A stretch of 27,357 nucleotides of DNA from Bacteroidota bacterium. Its GTDB lineage: Bacteria; Bacteroidota; Bacteroidia; Flavobacteriales_D; Crocinitomicaceae. The position numbers were made by a program, and so were the translations under genes. Below are positions 10,101 through 18,200 of this stretch, piece by piece. The stretch is from positions 1 to 27,357 of the forward strand of contig JBKCAB010000043.1 of the NCBI GenBank assembly GCA_046307935.1, written 5' to 3'. The stretch's first letter is position 1. Every line of letters starts with the position of its first letter. The notes below the pieces were generated by a model, which saw nothing but the letters and a program-made list of their open reading frames with translations, did no database searches and was not told where the DNA came from.

Positions 10101-11105
10101 ATAATTGAATAAATAACTTTGACTCCAATCCGTGTAAAGATTGACCATTGTACCGGGACAGATCGGATTGTTGGCGGCCCAACCAACCTCAAGAAAACTT
10201 TGTACCGGAATATCCGAACCTACATGAATCATTGTATCAATGATCTGAGTTCCACACTCAGAGTTCACTGTGAGCGTTACCGGATAATTACCTGTGGCAG
10301 TGTAGGCATGGAAGAAAGTGAACCAATTGTTGTCTGAAGTTTGTGTAGTTCCATCGCCGAAATTTATCGAATACGATGCGTCGAACGTGTTGTTAAAATA
10401 TGCTGCATCCCAAAAAGTGATCTCATCTCCAACGCAAACAGTGTCCTTTGTGATGTTGATCTTTGGTCTGTGACCTCCGACGATCACGTATTGGCTCGTA
10501 GTACCAACCTGCACTCCGAGCGCATTGAATCCGCGAAGGGTAACCCAGTAATACCCTGCTTCGGCATAGGTGTGTGATGGCGAAGCTTGAGTGGAGGTTG
10601 AACCATCACCAAAATCCCACTGATACCCCGAAATACACTGCGAATTATTCGCAAAGGGAACCGGATCTCCGAAACAAATGTAATCCGGCGCATCAAAAGC
10701 AACTGCTTGCTGCTGACCATCCGACAAGGTGACCGCCATGTTCACAGTAACATTGTCATTGTAATTGTCGCTCGGATTGTCATACACCCTAACGGCTACA
10801 GAGCTTAACGGCATAAAAGGCGTCAAGTCAACGGTGGCCCCTGAACAAAAACTGTTTGGTAACTCAACGCCGTCAATGATCACTCTGGCAAGCGTCCAGT
10901 TACAAGGTGTTGAATAATTGAAAGCTAATGATGCAGACACAGGATTATTCACACCGCATGAAAAATTAGTGATGGTAGTTGTAAACCCGGGTAGATCTGA
11001 TCCGGTCTGGGTTGCCGTTACGGAACATGGACAAGCCGATGCATTGAAACTACTGATGATCAAAAGGAATAATGCTCCAGCTTTCACAAGGAACTTTACT
11101 GACAT
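7128..11105 (-). CDS. Large T9SS type A cargo surface protein: about 7 PKD-like domains, 4 SprB-like repeats, 2 FnIII-like modules, C-terminal sorting domain
   Basis: Signal peptide (..SSFNASA). Repeated W[DN]FGDG..H.Y...G.Y.V.L. Repeated C..NG......Y.WSNG....L..G.Y.V.V....GC. The C-terminus LIVYPNP..G...GVYTLQI..RIIIRH is typical of type A CTDs. Confidence 0.88.
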   Translation of the reverse strand: MSVKFLVKAGALFLLIISSFNASACPCSVTATQTGSDLPGFTTTITNFSCGVNNPVSASLAFNYSTPCNWTLARVIIDGVELPNSFCSGATVDLTPFMPLSSVAVRVYDNPSDNYNDNVTVNMAVTLSDGQQQAVAFDAPDYICFGDPVPFANNSQCISGYQWDFGDGSTSTQASPSHTYAEAGYYWVTLRGFNALGVQVGTTSQYVIVGGHRPKINITKDTVCVGDEITFWDAAYFNNTFDASYSINFGDGTTQTSDNNWFTFFHAYTATGNYPVTLTVNSECGTQIIDTMIHVGSDIPVQSFLEVGWAANNPICPGTMVNLYTDWSQSYLFNYGDGTTGTAGNHVYSNYGTYYPTVTVQNGCGNTATYEDIPVVVSDVNYFTGSASISVDGNSNATFCPGAQIRFYGPPATTYLWNFGDGGTSNIMEPYHAFNNPGQYNVGLTLMDGCGNDTTVYLAVNITNNIPVDPNVEFSQLPEEICVGDAFIYDISGAWLLSQQGGSFTWDFGDGNTSDAISGYHAYAASGTYTVSCTIENSCGNDTTLYTSISAGSNVPPGNFLATTIQDEFCPGDNIMLLTYPYSASNTVVWNMGNNDLVTITDSLALSAEESEMVFHQGYYLYTVPGVYNVQVSLTNGCGLTATEDIVLTIAPGSEIEEAGFFVEEDNYFCLNEPLVFRGFGGNEFFWNFGDNSGVELSSQALEPVTHAYAEPGTYTVTMVARNNCGDTVIITQMIDIPDSEMQIITNSSNSNCLESNGTAVAYVVGPNAPFTYVWSNAVTSNINANLSAGTYIVNVTDSEGCVDFALATVSDAEAPTIAVSNVVDVSCYGEDNGAIDITPIGNTEGVTYQWSNGATSQDVSGLVAGPYEVVVTNGQGCISVASVTVEQPGQVELEFTSTQATCGWANAAAAAVVTGTTGPYIYVWSNGDSGPLANGLPAGIHSVAVIDNEGCVTEGSVAISETNAPGIILDSLLDVGCGLGGSGIYVSAIGGTAPYSYLWSNGATGNGISGLAPGEYSLTVSGANGCESNAIYAIEYEIPSVNPICVVTVGPGQHNKVAWEKLAETGVAYYNVYKESSAAGLYYLVGSVPYDSLSTWIDTISNPAVQAYRYKIAAVDSCGTESYLSSHHKTIHLTQNIGLNDEVNLIWDNYEGFSYTSYNVWRYDDADGWQIIATLPSNVNSYTDLNAPMATATSLYYFIDITLEEACVSTRAENNNTTRSNRTEAVAGPLDDTGITELHPDDALIVYPNPSDGIIYLSFNMGNVPVLNYRLIDAQGREISSETLYKLSDGDQHTIDSKMAAAGVYTLQITFGENSFHRRIIIRH

Positions 11106-11131
11106 AGCGCGTTTATTAGGTTTAACAGGCT

Positions 11132-11139
11132 CAAAGTTA
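11132..11139 (-). promoter_or_regulatory. -7 element (TAACTTTG) giving the PKD gene its own promoter
   Basis: Exact TAnnTTTG match on the minus strand, 26 nt before ATG 11105. Confidence 0.5.
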
Positions 11140-11234
11140 GGATAATCCGTTCAATAATTAAAACACAAACCCTGTTCTTAACAATACCACAACCTGTGTT
11201 TGTTTCCGAACTTAACCCAACCGTAAGTAGCAGA

Positions 11235-13730
11235 TCAAAATTTCAGCGTGAGTCGAACCATGAAATTCCTGCCTGCCTGCGGATAAACGAAATTCTCGAT
11301 CACTCGTTGGCCTCCGAAAATATAGCCCCAGGTATAACCGTTGTTCGCATAGCGGAAGTTCAAAAGGTTATTGACGTTCAATCCAAGGCTCAACTCCTTC
11401 ATCATCCACTTCGCAATTGAATAGGAAGCCCCGGCGTTGACGATGAAATACGCATCCAGCATCCGGTCCTCGCTCGAAGTATTATCAAGAAACTGACTGC
11501 CAACATACTTACTGAGAAGGGTTAACTGAAGATCCTTGACGGGCTCGTAAGCCAAACCGAGTGTCGCAATCATTCGCGGAGAAAAGGCAAGATCCGTGTT
11601 CTGATGGAGGATAGTGTCCTGGATCATGTTCCCTTCGCTATCGTAATTGTCGTAATTATCGACAAACTCGGTAAAGGAGACTATCTTATTCTGACTCAAG
11701 GCCAAGCTTCCAGACATGTTCAGGTTATTCAAGATGCGGTAACCTGCTTCCAATTCCAGTCCTGCTCGGTAGCTTTTGTCGACGTTGGTGCGAATGTAAG
11801 CACCTACATCGTTGATCTCTCCAGTCAAGATAAGCTGATCGCGATAGCTCATGAGATATACATTGGCATTGAAGAATAATTTGTGCGCGTTGTATCGGAA
11901 TCCTGCCTCCACATTGCCAAGCTTTTCAGCTTTCGGTGTCACACCCGGCGCACTTGAAATAAAATCGTCCCTCACCGGTTCGCGGTTGGCTACACTGTAT
12001 GAAGCATAGAGGAGTGATCGCTCATTGAGATCATAGGAAAATCCCAACTTCGGATTGAAAAACAGGAAATCTTCCTCCTGCTGCACGGAAATGATATCAC
12101 CCATAAACTGATCCATTCCCAGATACGCGTAATTCAGGTAACGCCCCTGAAGGTCCAGGAAGAAATTAAAGCGTTTGTAGTTGTAATTCGTTTTAAGATA
12201 GAGGTTCGCCTCGTTCTTTTCCGCATCGTTGTCATAGTAGCGCTGACCGATCTCGCTCTGTGAAGCATTTCGCGCCCAGACCACTTCCCCAAAGTGCTTG
12301 CCGATGTATTGGTTGGCTCCACCTCCCAAAATGAAGCGGAATCCGTTCACGGGAGCGAAGGACATGGAGAATACCGTTCCGTAGAAATGAGTATCGAGCC
12401 AACGCTGACGGATCAGATCGGTGGTGGTGATCGTGTCTGCACCGTAAATCAGTGGTTCGAGGCCGTAATCTGCAAAATCATCTTCCCTGCGGTACTGCTC
12501 GAAGTAGCCCCTGCCACGGGTGTAATGCCCGGAAACATTCACCAATACTTTCTTAAAATCATAGGTGTAATGCAACTGGTAATGGTCTTGCTGGTAGTTA
12601 TCGGTCTCGTTTTCGTAGGTGTAGTAATTGTAGGTGTTGCTGCCTGAATTGAACAAGTTGATCGAATCCTGGGCTGTCTGGTAGGTTCCACCCGGGTAGT
12701 AATTGTTATAGAAATGCATGAGCAGACCATCCTCATCCCCATTGAACTTTGCCTGAGGAACTCCCCACCAGGCTTGATAGGTTCTTTCTTTTCCGCTGAA
12801 TACATTGGCCTTGAGTACGCTCTTCTTGCCAACATAAGCACCTGAAATATAAAATGATCTTAAGTTCGACGAAGCACGATCGATGAACCCGTCAGACGAG
12901 ATGCGAGAGAGTCGCATGTCCAGGGCAAAGCGGTCGTTAATAAGTCCCGTTCCTGCTTTAACGGTATTTCTCCAGGTGTTGAAGGATCCGGTCGAATTGT
13001 CGATCTCGGCGAATGCCTTGCGCTGGATGTTATCCGTCTTAATGTTGATGCTGGCTCCGAAAGCAGCTGCACCATTGGATGATGTTCCTGCCCCGCGCTG
13101 CACCTGGATGTTTTCCGCAGACGATGCGAAATCGGGCATGTTTACCCACCAAACGCCGTGCGATTCAGCATCGTTGAGCGGGATTCCGTTCACTGTCACA
13201 TTGGTGCGCGTTGGATCTACGCCTCGGATGCGGATCCCTGTATACCCCACTCCTGCGCCGGCATCGGATGTGACCACTGTCGAGGGAACCGTTTCCAGCA
13301 AATACGGCAGATCCTGCCCGTAATTCGCCTTGTCGATCTGACTGCCACTCAGGTTGGTGTAGGTTGTCGGCGTTTTCTGATCAGCCCGCACTCCCACCAC
13401 CTGTACTTCCTCGATGTTGAGCGCAGAAGGCGACATAACCAGCTCGAGCCGCACGTCGGCTCCTTCTACTTTCACCGATCTTTCAAGGGGCTCGAAACCA
13501 ATCAGCGAGGCTTTCAGCGAATAGCTGTTGGATGGAACCGTAGTAATGCGGAAGTTCCCGTTGGGATCGGAATACGTACCGAAAAAGGTTTCTTCCAGCG
13601 TGACCTTCACACCGGGCAGTGTTTCTCCGTCGGAACTTCTTACCGTTCCCGAAATGATGTGTTGATTGAATGCGTTCAGCGGCACCGCACATGCGACTGC
13701 CCAGAACAAACGAACCATTCTTGTTTTCAT
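11235..13730 (-). CDS. TonB-dependent outer-membrane transporter, probably for thiamine
   Basis: Signal peptide, carboxypeptidase-regulatory-like N-domain (ISGTVRS..GETLPGVKV), plug motifs (IRIRG, NGIPLND, QVQRG, GASINI), barrel C-terminus NVNNLLN..Y..GRNFMVRLTLKF ending in Phe. The substrate is inferred from the TPP riboswitch in its leader. Confidence 0.92.
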   Translation of the reverse strand: MKTRMVRLFWAVACAVPLNAFNQHIISGTVRSSDGETLPGVKVTLEETFFGTYSDPNGNFRITTVPSNSYSLKASLIGFEPLERSVKVEGADVRLELVMSPSALNIEEVQVVGVRADQKTPTTYTNLSGSQIDKANYGQDLPYLLETVPSTVVTSDAGAGVGYTGIRIRGVDPTRTNVTVNGIPLNDAESHGVWWVNMPDFASSAENIQVQRGAGTSSNGAAAFGASINIKTDNIQRKAFAEIDNSTGSFNTWRNTVKAGTGLINDRFALDMRLSRISSDGFIDRASSNLRSFYISGAYVGKKSVLKANVFSGKERTYQAWWGVPQAKFNGDEDGLLMHFYNNYYPGGTYQTAQDSINLFNSGSNTYNYYTYENETDNYQQDHYQLHYTYDFKKVLVNVSGHYTRGRGYFEQYRREDDFADYGLEPLIYGADTITTTDLIRQRWLDTHFYGTVFSMSFAPVNGFRFILGGGANQYIGKHFGEVVWARNASQSEIGQRYYDNDAEKNEANLYLKTNYNYKRFNFFLDLQGRYLNYAYLGMDQFMGDIISVQQEEDFLFFNPKLGFSYDLNERSLLYASYSVANREPVRDDFISSAPGVTPKAEKLGNVEAGFRYNAHKLFFNANVYLMSYRDQLILTGEINDVGAYIRTNVDKSYRAGLELEAGYRILNNLNMSGSLALSQNKIVSFTEFVDNYDNYDSEGNMIQDTILHQNTDLAFSPRMIATLGLAYEPVKDLQLTLLSKYVGSQFLDNTSSEDRMLDAYFIVNAGASYSIAKWMMKELSLGLNVNNLLNFRYANNGYTWGYIFGGQRVIENFVYPQAGRNFMVRLTLKF

Positions 13731-13735
13731 TTTTT

Positions 13736-13769
13736 AAAAATTAAAACAAGAACAAGGGGCCAATTCTTG
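13736..13769 (-). terminator. Putative riboswitch expression-platform terminator
   Basis: The minus strand reads CAAGAAU-UGGCCCCUU-GUUCUUG then UUUUAAUUUUU: a 7-bp stem, 9-nt loop and U-rich tail just before the ATG. The stem is AU-rich and weak. Confidence 0.45.
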
Positions 13770-13792
13770 GTGGTGAATACTCAAATTGACTT

Positions 13793-13890
13793 GTCATCTT
13801 CCCTGCGCAGGCATTACCCTGTATCAGGTTCAATGGGTATGATCTCAGCTCCGTCCGATAGCTATCGGAATCGGGGCACCCCTTAGAGAC
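13793..13890 (-). ncRNA. TPP riboswitch (THI element), cis-regulatory aptamer
   Basis: The minus strand reads GUCUCUAAGGGGUGCC..GCUGAGAUCAUACCCAUUGAACCUGAUACAGGGUAAUGCCUGCGCAGGGAAGAUGAC. It contains the conserved GGGGUGC, CUGAGA, UACCC, AACCUGAU, AAUGCCUGCG and AGGGAA blocks. P1 is GUCUCU/AGA(U)GAC. Confidence 0.93.
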
Positions 13891-13894
13891 AGGA

Positions 13895-13902
13895 CAAAAA
13901 TA
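13895..13902 (-). promoter_or_regulatory. -7 element (TATTTTTG) of the riboswitch-TBDT transcript
   Basis: Exact TAnnTTTG match. A 4-nt spacer places the likely +1 on G13890, the first base of P1. Confidence 0.6.
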
Positions 13903-13935
13903 ATGATGAAATGTGAATTACGAATCATTAATTGG
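13901..13935 (+). repeat. Degenerate heptamer tandem array, left arm (5 units)
   Basis: TAATGAT GAAATGT GAATTAC GAATCAT TAATTGG in exact 7-bp register. Confidence 0.55.
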
Positions 13936-14026
13936 AAAACAGACTCAAAACCTGTCAGTTCGTTTGTCCCGACTGAAGTGAAGCGCATAGAAGGGATTTA
14001 TCGAGAACGACAGAATCCAAAAAACC

Positions 14027-14061
14027 TTCATTCATAATTAGTCATTTGTAATTCGTAATTC
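14027..14061 (-). repeat. Degenerate heptamer tandem array, right arm (5 units), inverted relative to the left arm
   Basis: The minus strand reads GAATTAC GAATTAC AAATGAC TAATTAT GAATGAA. It has an 11-bp perfect inverted match to the left arm (13915-13925 vs 14051-14061). Confidence 0.6.
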
Positions 14062-14547
14062 TATGATCTTCCGGCACAATTCAATCCGCTCCTCATTGTA
14101 TCCCTTCACAACAGTAAACGGCAGTCTGCGCTCCTGCAGTTCTTTGAGATAAAGCGCAAACAGTTCCATGCGTTGTTCAGGATGTTCGCGCAAAGGATCT
14201 TCTTCCCACGCTATATCCGGATAACAGAGAAAATAATGGTCGAACCGTTGATTTGACAGTGCATCAAGGATAAATGGATCTACTTCGCCGTATTTGAATT
14301 CGGACCAGATCTTTAAGACGATCATTTCTGTATCGCTCACTAGGCGTGGGGCTTTTTCGTTTTGCACCCATAAATTCAACTGACCTTTGGCGATGGCAAG
14401 GAGGTCCGATTGGTCATAGATGCCCTGCCTCTCCAAAAGGTAACTTCGCGCGAATTCCGGAATGCAGGTGGCGCCGAGATACTCGGCCAGCAACACCGCC
14501 AGGGTCGTTTTTCCCGTCGACTCCGGACCCGTTAGTGCAATCCTCAT
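14038..14547 (-). CDS. Stand-alone NadR-type P-loop kinase (AAA_28 family, ribosylnicotinamide-kinase-like domain), 169 aa
   Basis: Walker A GPESTGKT, then PEFARSYL, DT, and WEEDPLR, as in the NadR C-terminal domain. There is no HTH or NMNAT domain. The start is moved to ATG 14547, overlapping the pnuC stop (ATGA). Confidence 0.85.
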   Translation of the reverse strand: MRIALTGPESTGKTTLAVLLAEYLGATCIPEFARSYLLERQGIYDQSDLLAIAKGQLNLWVQNEKAPRLVSDTEMIVLKIWSEFKYGEVDPFILDALSNQRFDHYFLCYPDIAWEEDPLREHPEQRMELFALYLKELQERRLPFTVVKGYNEERIELCRKIIELRITND

Positions 14548-15146
14548 ACTCGCGCCTGTTTTCGGTATGCTTTCAACCATTTATAATATCCGAATATTGC
14601 AATTACTGTATAGGCACTATACATCAGCGCCGTCATATTGAGCTCTTTGTAATAATACAGGTATACAGAAACCATGTCAATGATGACCCAGTAGACCCAG
14701 TTTTCCAAAACTCTCCGCACCACCATAAAAGTAGCACCAATACTGAAAACTGTGGTAAATGCATCCAGATAGGGAAGTGACTGATCTGAAAAGGTATCGA
14801 AAAGATAACCCAACAGCAAGGTTAGGACTGCACTGAACAGAATGTATTGCAGATGATGATAAGACCTCCACCGGGTAATGAATTCAGCACTGTTCTCCGA
14901 TCGATGCCATGAAAACCAGCCCCAGCATGCCATGCCTACATAAAAGATCTGAAGCAAGGTTTCGAGATACAATTGACTGACAAAACAAATGTACACGTAT
15001 ACTCCGGATGAAATTACCGCGAAAAACCATCCAACAGAACTCTTGCGGGCGATGAATATAACATAGGCCAGACTTGCAAAAACTGCTATCCACTCTACAA
15101 CAGTAGTGTTCAGAATCTCAAGACCAATATTATCGAGCTTGTCCAT
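14544..15146 (-). CDS. pnuC: Pnu-family vitamin transporter (PnuC nicotinamide riboside or PnuT thiamine type)
   Basis: 200 aa with about 7 hydrophobic helices. Motifs GWFSW, PYLDAFTT, ENWVYWVIID and GYYKW are characteristic of the Pnu family. Confidence 0.88.
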   Translation of the reverse strand: MDKLDNIGLEILNTTVVEWIAVFASLAYVIFIARKSSVGWFFAVISSGVYVYICFVSQLYLETLLQIFYVGMACWGWFSWHRSENSAEFITRWRSYHHLQYILFSAVLTLLLGYLFDTFSDQSLPYLDAFTTVFSIGATFMVVRRVLENWVYWVIIDMVSVYLYYYKELNMTALMYSAYTVIAIFGYYKWLKAYRKQARV

Positions 15147-15226
15147 AGGATGAGAACGCGAAGGTCATAAAAATGTTTGATAGATTTAAGATCCATCCAA
15201 ATGGTAATAAATGAACCAAATGGAAC

Positions 15227-15234
15227 TATTTTTG
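15227..15234 (+). promoter_or_regulatory. -7 element (TATTTTTG) for the AsmA-like gene
   Basis: Exact TAnnTTTG match, 25 nt before GTG 15260. Confidence 0.55.
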
Positions 15235-15259
15235 TGGTGCTCAGATTAAACTAATTATC

Positions 15260-18200
15260 GTGGTCTTAGAGTTCTACAAGAAAAAACGTTTCTGGAAGCG
15301 TCTACTGCTGATCACTGTTATCGTTCCCTTAATACTCTTCTCGATTGTACTGGGAATTGTCTATTCAAAACAGGATGCGATCGTTCAGGAAATGATCAGA
15401 ACCGTAAATGATGACTTTGTAGGCACGCTGAAAATTAAGGATAGCCATATTGCACCCTTTGCGAATTTCCCTTATATCTCTGTAGATCTTGAAAATGTAG
15501 AGGTCTTCGAGGGGAAAAAGCCACGGAAGAAAAATAGGATTGCCCAAATTAGGGATGTTTACATCGGTTTTGATATGTTCAAATTACTCGGCGGCAAGGT
15601 AGAAATTAAAAAGATCAAGCTAAAAGAGGGAGATCTGCGAATCGTGCAGCACACGGATGGTAGTTTCAACCTTACCAATGCCCTGTCCAGTAAAAAACCG
15701 CTAAAGGAAGTGAAAGAAGAGCTTCATCTGGATCTAAAATCGATCAAGCTGGAAAATTTCGATATATCCAAGCTGAATGAAGCGAACAACGTACTTGTTG
15801 ATGCCTATATTACATCTGCAAAATCTCAGTTCAGAACAAAGGAAGAACATCTATTCATCGCACTCGAAAGCCGCTTCGAGCTCAGCCTGATTAAAGACGG
15901 TGACACCACCTTCATCAAAAACAAGCACTTCCATGTCGATACGGAGATAGATCTGGACAAAAAGGCCAACTTCATGACCATAGCGCCAACACAGATCGAA
16001 CTGGAAAAAGCGAGCTTTGGATTTGACGGAAGCATTGACCTTAAGAATGATATCGATCTCGATCTGCATTTCCACGGTAATAAACCCGACTTCAACCTTT
16101 TCCTTGCCCTTGCTCCGGAAGAGTTGGCCCCAACTCTTGAAAAGTTCGAGAACAAAGGAAAGATTTTCTTTGAAGCCAGTGTAAAAGGAAGATCACTGAA
16201 TGGACAGCCCGCTATCAATGCACGTTTTGGCTGTAAGGAAGGATTCTTCAACAACATAGAATCGGGCAAACGCCTCGATAAGATCGGTTTTAAAGGTTCA
16301 TTTACAAACGGGAAAGATCGGAATACAAAGACAATGCGCTTTGAGCTGGAAAACTTCAGCGCCAGACCGGAAGCCGGATTGTTCAGTGGTAAACTGGTTG
16401 TCGAAGACTTCGAATCACCAGAGATCGACATGAATCTGCATTCTGATTTCGACCTTGATTTCCTGTCCAAATTCCTTGATTCAAAAGAGCTTAAAGGACT
16501 TTCAGGACGTGTGGCATTGACCATGAACTTCCACGACATCATCGACATCGATCAGCCGGAAAAGAGTATCGAACGACTCAATGAATCCTATTACACGGAA
16601 CTACTAGTTGAAAACCTAAGGTTTAAAAGCGAAGGTCTGGCGGTTCCCGTAGATGATCTGGATCTCAAGGCAACTATGAATGGTCATGAGACCAAGATAG
16701 AACGATTCGATGTTAAAATGGGGCGAAGTGACCTTCATATCAATGGATCGGTAAGTGATCTGCCTGCAATCATTCATCATACCTCTATTCCGGTTACCAC
16801 AAGCCTGAACATACGCTCTAAATTCATTGATATACATGAACTTACTTCCTTCAAAAAAAGTGAAAAAGGAATTGACGAACAGATCCAAAATCTAACGCTT
16901 AAACTGCATTTCAACAGCTCCGCCAAATCCATCACAGAATCACCAAACCTGCCTATCGGAGAGTTCTTTATTGATGATCTCCATGCGAAGTTGAAACATT
17001 ATCCGCATACGTTGCACGACTTTCATGCTGATGTTTTCGTGGATGAACGAGACTTTCGGGTGATGGATTTCTCGGGAATGATCGACCGTTCTGATTTCCA
17101 TTTTTCCGGTAAATTGGTGAATTATAATCTTTGGTTCGAAGAAAAAATGCACGGTGATACCAAAGTTGAATTTGATCTCACTTCCAGTCATCTTCAACTC
17201 GACAACCTTTTTACCTACAAGGGTGAACGTTTTGTCCCGGAAGATTACCGCCACGAAGAAATTACAGGACTGAAATTGCACGGCATCACTTCGCTGCACT
17301 TTGACCATGGTTTGCGTTCAACGGATCTGCGTCTCTCCCATTTTGAAGGATCCATGAAGGTACATCCATTGCGCTTTGAGGATTTCAGCGGGAATGTGCA
17401 TCTGGAAAAAGGACACCTTAGCGTAAAGGATTTCAAAGGTAGGCTGGGCTATTCCTCTTTTACAGTTGATCTGGAATATACACTGGATGAAAAACAATCC
17501 AATAAGCAGAATTCATTGACCATCAAAGGGGCTCATCTCGATATCGATGAATTGTCGAATTACAACCTCAAGTCGAGCTCGTCCTCGTCCAAACAGGTGG
17601 ATCACGACGCTGGATTCAGTTTGTACGATCTGGAATTCCCAAACATGAACTTCCACTTCGATGTGGGACATCTAAACTATCACCACCACATGATGGATCA
17701 TTTCAAAGCCGATGTCCGGATGAGTAAGGACCACATGGTGCATTTTGACAGGCTTTCGTTTGATGCGGCGGGCGGGCACTTCGATCTGAAAGGATATTTA
17801 AGTGGAAAAGACAAGAAACACATCTATTTTAAACCGGATATACGGGTCAAAAACGTTGATCTGGATAAGTTTATGGTAAAGTTCGAGAACTTTGGGCAAG
17901 ACCATGTTGTTTCAGAAAACCTCCACGGAAAGTTCTCCGGACATGTTACAGGAAAGATCCATCTTCACGCCGACCTCGTTCCTGATCTGGATAATTCCGA
18001 ACTGAAGATCGATATGACGGTGCTGAACGGTAAACTGGAGAATTATGCCCCGATGCAGGCTCTAGGCGAATATTTTCAGGACAAGAACGTGAATAAGGTC
18101 TTGTTTGATACGCTGAAAAATGTGTTTACACTGAATAAAAATGTGCTCAAGATTCCATCCATGACCATCAATTCCAGCCTTGGATTTATGGAGATCAGTG

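Noticed and set aside
7128-11234. PKD surface protein as part of the TPP regulon
   Set aside because: It has its own consensus -7 box at 11132-11139 in a 129-nt gap. Read-through is possible but unsupported.
13854-13869. Perfect 16-bp palindrome TCCGATAGCTATCGGA as an operator
   Set aside because: It is explained as the variable P3 hairpin of the TPP aptamer.
13158-13886. 242-aa plus-strand ORF, and other antisense ORFs such as 4097-4489, 12883-13323, 14346-14780 and 26720-27097
   Set aside because: They lie opposite well-supported genes or the riboswitch and have no recognisable motifs, so they are treated as shadow ORFs.
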